Below are positions 9,849 through 18,509 of a stretch of 32,000 bases of DNA, piece after piece. This stretch comes from Alkalimarinus alittae (GTDB lineage: Bacteria; Pseudomonadota; Gammaproteobacteria; Pseudomonadales; Oleiphilaceae), in assembly GCF_026016465.1 (NCBI RefSeq), contig NZ_CP100390.1, forward strand, positions 3,939,078 through 3,971,077. The letters are read 5' to 3'. A program made the position numbers and the translations under genes. Position 1 is the first letter of the stretch. Each line of letters begins with the position of its first letter. The notes under the pieces are model-generated. The model saw nothing but the letters and a program-made list of their open reading frames with translations. It did not search any database and was not told the origin of the DNA.

Positions 9849-10873
9849 TCAATAGCAGGCAAACTCTCTAAAGGCCACCGAGGTGTCGCTTTTAAAGATC
9901 GGTCATCGTGCTGCCCAGCCATTAAACGCTGACAACCTGCAAACGCAATCATAGCGCCATTATCGGTGCAAAATTCTGGCCTAGCGTAAAAAACCTCAGC
10001 TTTTTCTTTAGAGACCATCGTCTCTAACGCCTCTCTCAGCGATGTATTGGCACTCACCCCACCCGCTATAACCAATCTTTTCATTTCGGTCTGGCGCAAC
10101 GCTCTCCGGCACTTAATCGTTAATGTATCGACCACCGCCGACTGAAAAGCAGCGGCAATATCCGCTTTAGTTTGCTCGTCAACAACGCCATTAACCTTAT
10201 GCTGCTGGGTCGTATTCAACGTAAATGTCTTTAAGCCGCTGAAACTAAAATCAAGACCTGGCCGATCCGTCATCGGACGCGGAAAGCGAAAACGACTTAC
10301 ATCACCAGACTCTGCCAACTTCGCAATTCGAGGACCACCGGGGTAATCTAGCCCTAGCATCTTAGCGGCCTTATCAAACGCCTCTCCCGCAGCATCGTCC
10401 ACTGAATCCCCTAATAGCTCATAGCGACCAATACCCTCAACTTTAACTAACTGGGTATGTCCACCTGAAACTAACAAAGCGACAAAAGGGAATGCAGGCG
10501 GCGATGCTTCGAGCATTGGGGCAAGTAAATGCCCTTCCATGTGGTGTACACCAACTGCGGGAATACCCAACACCAACGCCAGCGATTGACCTACGGCCGC
10601 CCCTACCATCAGCGCACCGACCAAGCCCGGCCCTGCAGTGTAAGCAATTGCATTAATGTCAGATTTATCTAATTTAGCGGCAATCAGGACCTCATCAATC
10701 AACGGCAGGATTTTACGAATATGGTCTCTTGACGCCAGCTCCGGCACCACACCACCATAATCAGCATGAAGCTCAACCTGGCTGTAAAGTGCATGAGATA
10801 ACAACCCTTGCTCACTGTCGAACAGCGCAATTCCCGTTTCATCACATGAGGTTTCAATACCCAGTACTATCAC
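9845..10873 (-). CDS. tsaD: tRNA N6-adenosine threonylcarbamoyltransferase
   Basis: GIETSCDET...HHMEGH...SGGHT motifs. It is divergent from rpsU, as in Pseudomonas and E. coli. Confidence 0.92.
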   Translation of the reverse strand: MIVLGIETSCDETGIALFDSEQGLLSHALYSQVELHADYGGVVPELASRDHIRKILPLIDEVLIAAKLDKSDINAIAYTAGPGLVGALMVGAAVGQSLALVLGIPAVGVHHMEGHLLAPMLEASPPAFPFVALLVSGGHTQLVKVEGIGRYELLGDSVDDAAGEAFDKAAKMLGLDYPGGPRIAKLAESGDVSRFRFPRPMTDRPGLDFSFSGLKTFTLNTTQQHKVNGVVDEQTKADIAAAFQSAVVDTLTIKCRRALRQTEMKRLVIAGGVSANTSLREALETMVSKEKAEVFYARPEFCTDNGAMIAFAGCQRLMAGQHDDRSLKATPRWPLESLPAID

Positions 10874-11009
10874 TCGCCCTACTCCACCATTAACGTCGCA
10901 ACACAGCTATTTTGAACAATCGGCCTGTTTCTACTCTCAATTTACAGCCTTTTAATCATGCGCAGGTTACCAGAAAATCAGATCAGGTGCTTTAAATTCA
11001 ACGCAACTC

Positions 11010-11039
11010 TTTACAAGTAAGACAGATAAGGTTTAGAAT
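11010..11039 (+). promoter_or_regulatory. Candidate sigma-70 promoter for rpsU operon
   Basis: TTTACA, an 18-nt spacer, then TAGAAT, about 130 nt upstream of the rpsU ATG. This is a pattern match only. Confidence 0.3.
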
Positions 11040-11172
11040 TCGGCCCCCTATAGTTTTTACTTGATTAATAATCAGTCTATTTATAGGAACAAACAGTAAG
11101 AACAGATGGATCAAGCACTCATTATAAGTGCAGATCAGAACCAGATTAACCCAAAGATTACAGGTACCTTGA

Positions 11173-11388
11173 ATGCCTTCTGTAAAAGTTAAAGAAAACG
11201 AGCCATTTGATATTGCTCTACGTCGTTTTAAGCGTTCTTGCGAAAAAGCAGGTATCCTTTCAGAAGTTCGTCGTCGCGAATTCTATGAAAAGCCAACTTC
11301 TGTACGCAAGCGTAAGGCTGCTGCCGCTGTTAAGCGTCACGCCAAAAAAGTTCAGCGCGAAACCAAACGTTTCGAACGTCTTTATTAA
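11173..11388 (+). CDS. rpsU: 30S ribosomal protein S21
   Basis: [28 protein letters not shown]... is the canonical S21 sequence. Confidence 0.97.
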   Translation: MPSVKVKENEPFDIALRRFKRSCEKAGILSEVRRREFYEKPTSVRKRKAAAAVKRHAKKVQRETKRFERLY

Positions 11389-11415
11389 TCGACTATTGAT
11401 TAATAGGACAGGTCT

Positions 11416-11868
11416 ATGGCCAGCACAGAGCTAAAATCCAACGTTAAAGACGCCATGAAAGATGCAATGCGTGCAAAAGACAAACCTCGTCTTGGCACCA
11501 TTAGGTTAATCATGGCAGAAATTAAGCGCATTGAAGTCGATGAACGTACTGAAATCGATGACGAACGCTTATTAACTATTTTAGATAAAATGGTTAAACA
11601 ACGACGGGATTCAGCCAGACAGTATAGTGATGCTGGTCGGACCGAACTTGCACAAGTTGAGTTAGACGAAATTGTTATTATTCAGGAATTTCTTCCCGAA
11701 CCATTAAGCAATGAAGAGCTAGACATACTAGTGCAACAAGCTGTCAGCGAAAGCGGCGCAACCACAGTACAAGAAATGGGTAAGGTCATGGCCATACTCA
11801 AACCCAAAGTTCAAGGCAGAGCTGATATGGGTAATATAAGCGGAAAAGTTAAAAAAGCCTTCTTATAG
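11416..11868 (+). CDS. yqeY: GatB/YqeY domain protein
   Basis: 150 aa with the typical YqeY N-terminus (LKxxxKDAMRAKDKxRLxxIRL). It sits between rpsU and dnaG, as in Pseudomonas. Confidence 0.85.
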   Translation: MASTELKSNVKDAMKDAMRAKDKPRLGTIRLIMAEIKRIEVDERTEIDDERLLTILDKMVKQRRDSARQYSDAGRTELAQVELDEIVIIQEFLPEPLSNEELDILVQQAVSESGATTVQEMGKVMAILKPKVQGRADMGNISGKVKKAFL

Positions 11869-12025
11869 GCCTTCTTACCTGCACAACAGCTATACAGCTA
11901 CTCTAAAAATAACCCCCTCTACTCTCATCACGATAGAAATTTGATCATTGATCAATCTGAGTAGTATATTCTTCGTTGCTCGTTAGATCATTTACTTCTT
12001 TAGTTGCTGGAGAACGCCAAACCTA

Positions 12026-13813
12026 ATGGCAGGAATGATACCACAGCCCTTTATCGACGACCTACTAGGCAGAATAAACATTGTCGAGCTGATATCTTCT
12101 CGCGTGCGATTAAAGAAAAGTGGTGGCAGCTATAAAGCATGCTGCCCATTTCATGAAGAAAAAACCCCCTCATTTAACGTTATCCCCGACAAACAGTTTT
12201 ACCATTGCTTTGGTTGTGGCGCCTCAGGCAATGCTATTGTATTTTTAAGAGAATACGAAAACCTGTCGTTTAATGAAGCCGTTGAAGAACTCGCCAGAAC
12301 AGCAGGCATGGACGTTCCTAGGGACGAGGCGATTCAAAAGCAATATGACGCCAGCCAACTGCTAATAGACGCATTAGAGTTCGCATCCGATTTCTATCAA
12401 CAACAACTGCAAAAACACCCACTTAAAGAACACGCACAGCAATACCTCAGTAAGCGCGGGTTAAGCAGTGAGATCATTAAAGCCTATAAGCTAGGTTTTG
12501 CACCTACTGAAAAAAGTAACCTGGCTCCGCTTAGCTCAAAAGAACGCCTTAAAGCACTAATCGATACAAAAATAGTTTTTAGCGAAGATGGCAGAACCCC
12601 GTTTGATTTATTTCGCAACAGAATCATGTTTCCCATCCGAAACACTCGAGGCAAAACCATCGCCTTCGGCGGGCGAACACTGGGAAACGACAAAGCCAAA
12701 TACATTAATTCGCCTGAATCATCGGTCTTTCATAAAAGCCATGAAATTTACGGTATTTATGAAGTTTATAAAGCCAATCGCACGATAGATAAGCTATTGG
12801 TATGCGAAGGGTATATGGATGTTGTCTCGCTCGCTCAGTACGGTGTTACCTATGCCGTTGCTATGCTAGGCACAGCCACCAACCAAGACAACCTAAACGC
12901 GCTACTTAGGCACTCCAATCACCTCGTCTTTTGCTTTGACGGCGATACAGCAGGCCTAAACGCTGCGCATAAAGCTATGCATAATTGCCTACCGCTCATT
13001 CAAGACGGCGTACAAATTCAATTTCTACTACTTCCTGAAGGCGAAGACCCTGACACCATGATCAGAAAAGAAGGCAAGTCGAGCTTTGAGGCAAGAATCA
13101 CTCAAGCAAGACCTCTCTCGAGTTTCTTTTTTGACGTACACAGTGAAGGACTAGACCTTGAAATACCGGAACATAAAGGCCTATTAAAAAATCGAGCAGA
13201 GCCTGAAATAAACCTAATTGCCTCAGCAACCATTAAAGCCGCAATCAAAGATCAACTATACGCTTTAACACGTCGCAGCTATAAGAACTCAAAGTATTCT
13301 AACAACTCAAAGTACCCCTACAACCCTAAGTATTCGAAAAATGATCGCAGCCAATCATCAGATAATACTGGATTTTATAAAAAAATAGTCACTCAGGTTT
13401 CAGTGAAACGAAAACCCGATGTCTCTGTCTGCCTTGCGCTTTATTTTTACCCAGACAAAGCGAAAACATTTTGCGAGCACATCGAGAGCAACAAACTAGA
13501 AGATCAGTTCCCCATTGCCCTGAACTTCTCACGCTTTATGATTAACTACGCATTAACAACACATAAAGATTTATTAATTTCTATCGCCACCGATAGCGAT
13601 AATCAAAATTACTTCTATACTCTTTTTGACGAAATTGAGTTTATTCCTTTAGCAGAAGACGCACTACAAGAAGCGCATGACACGCTTCACAAGGTGGCAC
13701 AAAACAAAAGACGTGACGCACTCCTAGAGAAGTCACACACCCAGCCGCTTAGCAATGAAGAAAAAGAAGAACTCAGAGCGCTCTCCACATGGGGAGAGAC
13801 AACAATACAGTAA
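12026..13813 (+). CDS. dnaG: DNA primase
   Basis: Zinc ribbon CPFHEEKTPSF...CFGCG, TOPRIM EGYMDV...DGDTAG, and a C-terminal DnaB-binding region. Confidence 0.95.
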   Translation: MAGMIPQPFIDDLLGRINIVELISSRVRLKKSGGSYKACCPFHEEKTPSFNVIPDKQFYHCFGCGASGNAIVFLREYENLSFNEAVEELARTAGMDVPRDEAIQKQYDASQLLIDALEFASDFYQQQLQKHPLKEHAQQYLSKRGLSSEIIKAYKLGFAPTEKSNLAPLSSKERLKALIDTKIVFSEDGRTPFDLFRNRIMFPIRNTRGKTIAFGGRTLGNDKAKYINSPESSVFHKSHEIYGIYEVYKANRTIDKLLVCEGYMDVVSLAQYGVTYAVAMLGTATNQDNLNALLRHSNHLVFCFDGDTAGLNAAHKAMHNCLPLIQDGVQIQFLLLPEGEDPDTMIRKEGKSSFEARITQARPLSSFFFDVHSEGLDLEIPEHKGLLKNRAEPEINLIASATIKAAIKDQLYALTRRSYKNSKYSNNSKYPYNPKYSKNDRSQSSDNTGFYKKIVTQVSVKRKPDVSVCLALYFYPDKAKTFCEHIESNKLEDQFPIALNFSRFMINYALTTHKDLLISIATDSDNQNYFYTLFDEIEFIPLAEDALQEAHDTLHKVAQNKRRDALLEKSHTQPLSNEEKEELRALSTWGETTIQ

Positions 13814-13940
13814 TTAACTGCTGACATTCACTTGAATTTTAAAATATCGCCACCATTAATGCCTTCAGTGGCATGGCTTTGCGATTCAAGCTATAATGTC
13901 AGTTTGATTTTTGATCAATCACCAAACTGAAAGGGTGTAT

Positions 13941-15776
13941 ATGTCAGGCGATTCTCAACAGTCCCGTTTGAAAGAACTAATTGCTCGTGGTAAAGAACAG
14001 GGGTACCTGACTTACGCAGAAGTAAACGACCATCTTCCACAAGACATCGCAGATCCAGATCAAGTCGAAGATATCATTCGAATGATTAATGATATGGGCA
14101 TTAAGGTATGCGAAAGCGCACCTGATGCCGATTCTCTGCTGATGGCTGATGGCGACTCTACCGATGAGGTGGCAGCCGCAGAAGCAGCCGCAGCACTGGC
14201 AGCGGTAGAATCTGAAGCAGGGCGAACAACCGACCCTGTGCGCATGTATATGCGTGAAATGGGTACCGTTGAACTTCTGACGCGCGAAGGCGAAATAGTA
14301 ATAGCCAAACGTATCGAAGAAGGCTTACGAGACGTCATGTCGGCTCTTGCCCTTTTCCCTGGATCAGTATTAAACACTATTGGCACCTACGACACAATTG
14401 TCGAAGAAGAAGGCCGTCTAAGTGATATCGTCACAGGATTCCTCGACCCTGACGCTGAAGTAAAGAAAGCGGTTACACCCAAAGCGGTTGAAGAAGCTAA
14501 AGTAGAAAGCAAAGACGATGACGAAGAAGATGACGATGATGAAGACGAAGAAGAAGTAGAAAGCGGTCCAGATCCAGAAGAGACAAAGGCACGCTTCACT
14601 GATCTTCGCCAGCAGTTTCAAATCGCAGAAGACGCCATTAACAAACATGGTCGCCTAAGCAAAGAAGCGATTAAAGAACTTGATAAACTAGGCGCTATTT
14701 TCGCGCCACTAAAACTAGCCCCTAAGCGATTTGACGCATTGGTTAGAAAAGTGCGTGACGTTAATGACGGCATCAGACGCCATGAGCGAAAAATCATGGA
14801 TATCTGTGCGCGCGAATGCAAAATGCCCAGAAAAGACTTTATTAAGAAGTTTCCGGGCAACGAAAGCAATTTAGAGTGGGCACAAAGTATAGCCGACGCT
14901 GGCTTAGCCTATTCAGACGCTATCAGCGCACGAGTTGATGACATTAGCCGATTACAACGCAGAATTAAGCTTCTATCCAATGATGCGGGTATCGATGTTC
15001 CTGTAATTAAAGACATCAACCGCAGAATCTCTATTGCTGAAGCCAAAGCGCGTCGAGCGAAAAAAGAGATGGTTGAAGCTAACTTGCGTCTGGTTATTTC
15101 TATCGCAAAGAAATATACCAACCGTGGGCTTCAGTTCCTCGATTTGATTCAAGAAGGCAACATCGGCCTGATGAAAGCCGTTGATAAGTTTGAATATCGC
15201 CGTGGTTACAAGTTCTCAACCTACGCGACGTGGTGGATCAGACAGGCGATCACTCGCTCTATTGCTGACCAAGCCAGAACCATCCGTATTCCGGTTCATA
15301 TGATTGAAACCATCAACAAACTGAACCGAATATCTCGTCAAATGCTTCAGGAAATGGGTCGCGAGCCTACTCCAGAAGAATTAGGCGAGCGTATGGAGCT
15401 CTCTGAAGATAAGGTGCGCAAAGTATTAAAAATTGCGAAAGAGCCTATCTCAATGGAAACGCCCATCGGTGATGATGAAGATTCACACTTAGGTGACTTT
15501 ATTGAAGATACGCTAGCCGAATCACCAATAAACTCAGCGACCGGTGCTGGTCTGAAAGAAGCAACAACCTCTGTTCTTTCGGGTTTAACCGCCCGCGAAG
15601 CAAAAGTACTACGTATGCGATTTGGCATCGAAATGAATACAGACCACACGCTAGAAGAAGTCGGTAAGCAATTCGACGTCACTAGAGAGCGTATTCGTCA
15701 AATCGAAGCTAAAGCTCTACGTAAACTTCGTCACCCAAGCCGCTCCGATCACCTTCGTAGCTTCCTCGACGAATAA
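13941..15776 (+). CDS. rpoD: RNA polymerase sigma factor RpoD (sigma-70)
   Basis: Regions 1.1 to 4.2 are present (acidic spacer, [12 protein letters not shown], rpoD box). ATG at 13941 ([14 protein letters not shown]) is preferred over the upstream TTG at 13911. Confidence 0.95.
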   Translation: MSGDSQQSRLKELIARGKEQGYLTYAEVNDHLPQDIADPDQVEDIIRMINDMGIKVCESAPDADSLLMADGDSTDEVAAAEAAAALAAVESEAGRTTDPVRMYMREMGTVELLTREGEIVIAKRIEEGLRDVMSALALFPGSVLNTIGTYDTIVEEEGRLSDIVTGFLDPDAEVKKAVTPKAVEEAKVESKDDDEEDDDDEDEEEVESGPDPEETKARFTDLRQQFQIAEDAINKHGRLSKEAIKELDKLGAIFAPLKLAPKRFDALVRKVRDVNDGIRRHERKIMDICARECKMPRKDFIKKFPGNESNLEWAQSIADAGLAYSDAISARVDDISRLQRRIKLLSNDAGIDVPVIKDINRRISIAEAKARRAKKEMVEANLRLVISIAKKYTNRGLQFLDLIQEGNIGLMKAVDKFEYRRGYKFSTYATWWIRQAITRSIADQARTIRIPVHMIETINKLNRISRQMLQEMGREPTPEELGERMELSEDKVRKVLKIAKEPISMETPIGDDEDSHLGDFIEDTLAESPINSATGAGLKEATTSVLSGLTAREAKVLRMRFGIEMNTDHTLEEVGKQFDVTRERIRQIEAKALRKLRHPSRSDHLRSFLDE

Positions 15777-15788
15777 CTGTTGAAATAC

Positions 15789-15822
15789 AAGGCGTCATCA
15801 GTATAATGACGCCTTCTTTTCT
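15789..15822 (+). terminator. Rho-independent terminator of rpoD
   Basis: 10-bp stem aaggcgtcat / atgacgcctt with a 7-nt loop, followed by cttttct. Confidence 0.75.
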
Positions 15823-15851
15823 ACAGTAATATCTTAGAAACTGTTTAAAGT

Positions 15852-15928
15852 GCCTCCTTAGCTCAGTTGGTTAGAGCACCCGACTCATAATCGGTAGGTC
15901 CCCTGTTCAAGTCAGGGAGGAGGCACCA
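15852..15928 (+). tRNA. ileX: tRNA with anticodon CAT (77 nt, CCA encoded); most like tRNA-Ile2 (ileX-type), elongator tRNA-Met not excluded
   Basis: Manual cloverleaf: acceptor GCCTCCT/AGGAGGC, D-stem GCTC/GAGC, anticodon loop CTCATAA, T-arm CCCTG-TTCAAGT-CAGGG. The position downstream of rpoD and the CGACTCATAATCG / TTCAAGTC similarity point to E. coli ileX. Confidence 0.85.
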
Positions 15929-15930
15929 TT
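15882..15930 (+). repeat. attL core (3' part of the intact tRNA)
   Basis: Perfect 49/49 identity with 20974-21022. Confidence 0.9.
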
Positions 15931-15981
15931 TAAATCAATAAGTTACAGCCTACCAAGTATCATTCAAAATTATAATATCTA

Positions 15982-16006
15982 ATTTGGTGACCCTAGTGGT
16001 GACCCT
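15982..16006 (+). repeat. Arm-type repeat, left end (2 x GGTGACCCT)
   Basis: atttggtgaccctagtggtgaccct is identical to 20823-20847 in the same orientation. Confidence 0.7.
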
Positions 16007-16191
16007 AAGCCAACGGCTACACCGAACCAAGTCTTCTATAGAATTCTTGCCAATACTCACATAAAACCATCTGACAAACTAACGTAACTGCTTCCTTCAG
16101 ACCGCTACAAAAGCGCATATCGTTAAAGATGCCCGTACAGCACCGCTTATAAGATGGTATCAGCCCACCTTTTAATTACGTTTATACTAAA

Positions 16192-16362
16192 TCAGGAATC
16201 ATCACGATCAGTTGCGTTTTTATCTGGAGTAGTACCGATTTTATCGACCTTAACTGTTACGCCATTCTTTGAGGCAATGGTTCCACCATCGGTACGCATA
16301 AAGCAGATGAAATCATCGTCTTCAGGATTGTATGGCTCAAAGTCTTGGCTAGTTTCTTTCAT
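16192..16362 (-). CDS. Hypothetical small acidic protein (56 aa), below the ORF-track cutoff
   Basis: ATG to TGA, 57 codons: MKETSQDFEPYNPEDDDFICFMRTDGGTIASKNGVTVKVDKIGTTPDKNATDRDDS. Its composition is more protein-like than the antisense 95-aa ORF. There is no clear SD, and an in-frame stop lies 5 codons upstream. Confidence 0.3.
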   Translation of the reverse strand: MKETSQDFEPYNPEDDDFICFMRTDGGTIASKNGVTVKVDKIGTTPDKNATDRDDS

Positions 16363-16443
16363 GGTGGGGCGTACTCATAATTTGAATAGTCCAATACTCT
16401 CATTGGCAGTCACACCACTAGGCAGGTGTCGCAACAACTAGGC

Positions 16444-17320
16444 ATCCATTAGCAGAAGCACTAATCCATCAGCTTTCCATTTCTGCGAGTTGTGGCAGCT
16501 ATGTTAATTAATTGGTTAGTTGGTGTCTGTAGGATATGTCTTACAGCCTTGTAGGATATTGGCTATAAAGCTCAGTCGTAGGCAATGTATAGTTGTACTG
16601 AAATATCAGCGCATCAGCAAGCATGTTGCTGTCATTGAACCGAGCAAGCAAACCATAGGCAATGTATAGCTAGCTGATTGCCGCGCCTCTGCGTACCCGT
16701 AGCGCTTACTTGCTAGGGAGAACCTAATACCCGCCCCCTGACCACCTGTTGACGCTCGATTTATAACGGGTGTCCATTTTGGACATCCATACAGCCCTAT
16801 CTAGTCATTGAGGATTAAACAACAACCACGCCCTGACAACGGCCTTATATAGCGAATTCCCGCGCCTCTGCGCACCCTCAAGTCAAAGTGCTAGGAAGGA
16901 CCCGCGCATTATATAGTTTTGTGTAGTTGAGATTGACGCGTCACCACGCGTGAAAGTAGCGTGAAAGTGGCGTGCCTTGTCGATACTTAACGATCAAGAA
17001 AAGTTTTGAGTTTCGCCAGTGCGTACAAGAAATGGGGGCGACGGTACTGGGCTTTGTAGGCTGTAGGTATTTAGATCCCCCCTCCCTTGTGCTTGGCTGA
17101 GTGGTGAAAGTATGAGTTCTCAGTATTGAGCTGTCCTATTACACACCTCATGTTTGAGTGATACTTGATTTGAGTAGCTGACCAAAACTACTGTCCTATT
17201 AATCACCCCATAGTTGGGGAGATCTAAAAGGAGTATTTGGTTTTGGATTGATCTATTGATACGTGCCCTCAAATTTGAGGAACATCGAACATTGATAAGG
17301 TCGCTCAAGTTTGGGCGCAT
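16444..17320. repeat. ORF-free repeat module of the island (multiple different paired direct repeats, tandem 11-mers, palindrome array)
   Basis: Repeats seen: atccatYagc x2 (16444, 16464); tgtaggatat x2 (16528, 16550); taggcaatgtatag x2 (16579, 16656); ccgcgcctctgcgYaccc...tgctagg x2 (16681, 16860); gcgtgaaagtR x2.5 (16948-16974); ctgtcctatta x2 (17131, 17191); four related palindromes between 17144 and 17316. Confidence 0.7.
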
Positions 17321-17352
17321 AGCTTTGATAGTCTAGCGCCCTTAGTGAGAGT

Positions 17353-17922
17353 TTAAGCCTTTAGTTTGATACGGCTTGTTGAGTAGTCATTAGCGGCCTT
17401 TGCCTTGTACCCCTTGCCCCTTTCTTTGGCTAGGTAGGATAGTCTGTAAAAAGCCTTCATATACGCCTTAGAGTCGCCTCTGTTGATTAGGTAATAGCAA
17501 TGCTTGGGCGTAAATAAGAATAACTCCCAAGCCTCGGCCACCTTCTGACAGATTGAAATAAACTTATCAGGATAGCGCACCTTGTTACCATCCATAAAAA
17601 AAGCGAGGTGATAGTGCTGTTGCTTCGCCTTTTCTTTCTCACGAACCCATATAAAACCTAAGCGTTTAAAGTCATAGTGAGCGTATAATTTTTTTCTCAC
17701 TTTTCTAATAAACTTAGACATGATCTCGTTTTCTGGTCGGTAGCCTTCAATGTGAAGATCCAAACGCACCACTAATACTTTGCTATGGTGCGACATCATG
17801 GCATCTAATTGTTGCTTGATGCGTTCGAGTATCTCTAAAAAGCATCCCTGCTTTAAGTTTCCTTGAATACTCATTATTGATGAATCTAATTCAATCTCAC
17901 TTGCTTTAATGACCTTCTTCAA
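17353..17922 (-). CDS. YagK/YfjJ-family protein (inovirus Gp2-like domain)
   Basis: VLVVRLDLHI..., GFIWVREKEKAKQQHYHLAFFMDG and FYRLSYLAKERGK match the family pattern remembered from E. coli CP4-57 YfjJ and CP4-6 YagK. The start is uncertain (TTG at 17922 or the internal ATG giving MSIQGN...). Confidence 0.75.
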   Translation of the reverse strand: MKKVIKASEIELDSSIMSIQGNLKQGCFLEILERIKQQLDAMMSHHSKVLVVRLDLHIEGYRPENEIMSKFIRKVRKKLYAHYDFKRLGFIWVREKEKAKQQHYHLAFFMDGNKVRYPDKFISICQKVAEAWELFLFTPKHCYYLINRGDSKAYMKAFYRLSYLAKERGKGYKAKAANDYSTSRIKLKA

Positions 17923-18091
17923 TATCTGTTATAGAGCTTTGGCTAGCATCCTTAGTTCTAGCTAATAACTCTATATAGATAATATGAAATACCGACCTAT
18001 TAAATAGATGGAAAACAATGTGAAGCCCAAGCCCCCAAAGGGGTACAAGCGCAAAGACTAAATAAAAATAGGGGTACAATCTTAGAGACAT
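17906..18091 (-). CDS. Hypothetical small membrane protein (61 aa)
   Basis: Its ATG overlaps the upstream stop (TAATG). It has a hydrophobic N-terminal segment (YFYLVFALVPLWGLGLHIVF) and overlaps the next ORF by 17 nt. Confidence 0.35.
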   Translation of the reverse strand: MSLRLYPYFYLVFALVPLWGLGLHIVFHLFNRSVFHIIYIELLARTKDASQSSITDIEEGH

Positions 18092-18366
18092 TATTCACCC
18101 CCATTGTCGTACCCACTGGCAAACTTTATGGCTTGATCAACATCAGCAAGCCAGTAGCGCATAAAGTGTGTTTTACCCCCTCCTTTATGATTATGAGGTT
18201 GAAGCTTTCGCCTAAACTTCATATTGCGCTTATTAGTAAGATAACTAACTGTACTGTGGAGACATGTTTCATTATATAGCCGTAAAGCATCTAACTCATT
18301 AAGCCCCTCAGCTTGTTTCTCGATAAAGTGTTTAAGGCATATTATGTACTTAGGAGTTCTTTTCAT
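18091..18366 (-). CDS. Hypothetical protein, probable winged-helix DNA-binding protein (91 aa)
   Basis: The pattern LDALRLYNETCLHSTVSYLTNKRNMKFRRK...GGGKTHFMRYWL resembles the wHTH proteins of mobile elements (HTH_39-like, from memory). Its start overlaps the upstream stop (ATGA). Confidence 0.55.
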   Translation of the reverse strand: MKRTPKYIICLKHFIEKQAEGLNELDALRLYNETCLHSTVSYLTNKRNMKFRRKLQPHNHKGGGKTHFMRYWLADVDQAIKFASGYDNGGE

Positions 18367-18494
18367 TTCGCGCCCCCTTCGTTGCCAGAAACAAATACAA
18401 TAGCCTCGTTAGGCTTAACGTCCTGTTTGATATGCTCGTTTTTTAGGCGCAAAGAAGCACCCCCCCCTAAAAAGGAGGCATTAAATATTTTCAT
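18363..18494 (-). CDS. Hypothetical micro-ORF (43 aa), not in the ORF track
   Basis: GGGGAG SD 5 nt before the ATG at 18494, and a TGA stop overlapping the next ATG (ATGA). Sequence: MKIFNASFLGGGASLRLKNEHIKQDVKPNEAIVFVSGNEGGAK. It contains a G8 run (plus-strand C8 at 18460-18467). Confidence 0.45.
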   Translation of the reverse strand: MKIFNASFLGGGASLRLKNEHIKQDVKPNEAIVFVSGNEGGAK

Positions 18495-18509
18495 GGTAGC
18501 TCCCCTTAA

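Noticed and set aside
11941-11955. 15-bp palindrome TTGATCAtTGATCAA (two GATC sites) upstream of dnaG, and the shared 10-mer ttgatcaatc upstream of rpoD (13911).
   Set aside because: Palindromes with 7-bp arms and 10-mer repeats of this kind are expected by chance several times in 32 kb. There is no further support.
13271-13345. Quasi-repeats (N)SKY in the DnaG linker (SYKNSKYSNNSKYPYNPKYSKND).
   Set aside because: This is a low-complexity expansion in the poorly conserved linker between the TOPRIM and C-terminal domains. There is no evidence of separate function.
14387-14648. Ser-rich and Phe-rich antisense ORFs opposite the rpoD acidic spacer, together with the other antisense ORFs inside cbrB, pcnB, panC, pgi, dnaG, rpoD, the MCP and the cytochrome gene.
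   Set aside because: These are mirror-image artefacts of strongly supported genes on the other strand. Their low-complexity translations reflect GAA/GAT repeats.
16154-16441. 95-aa plus-strand ORF in the island.
   Set aside because: It has an atypical composition, runs opposite to every other island gene, and is antisense to a more plausible small ORF. I kept it only as an unresolved alternative.
17120-17320. 66-aa minus-strand ORF downstream of the Gp2-like gene.
   Set aside because: It runs straight through the DNA-level repeat and palindrome array, so its repeated NRT motif merely reflects the ctgtcctatta repeats. It has no SD and is more likely non-coding.
16444-17320. CRISPR array or type III antitoxin repeat array.
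   Set aside because: The repeats belong to many different families with only 2-3 copies each and irregular spacing. There are no uniform repeat-spacer units, and no cas or toxin gene is adjacent.
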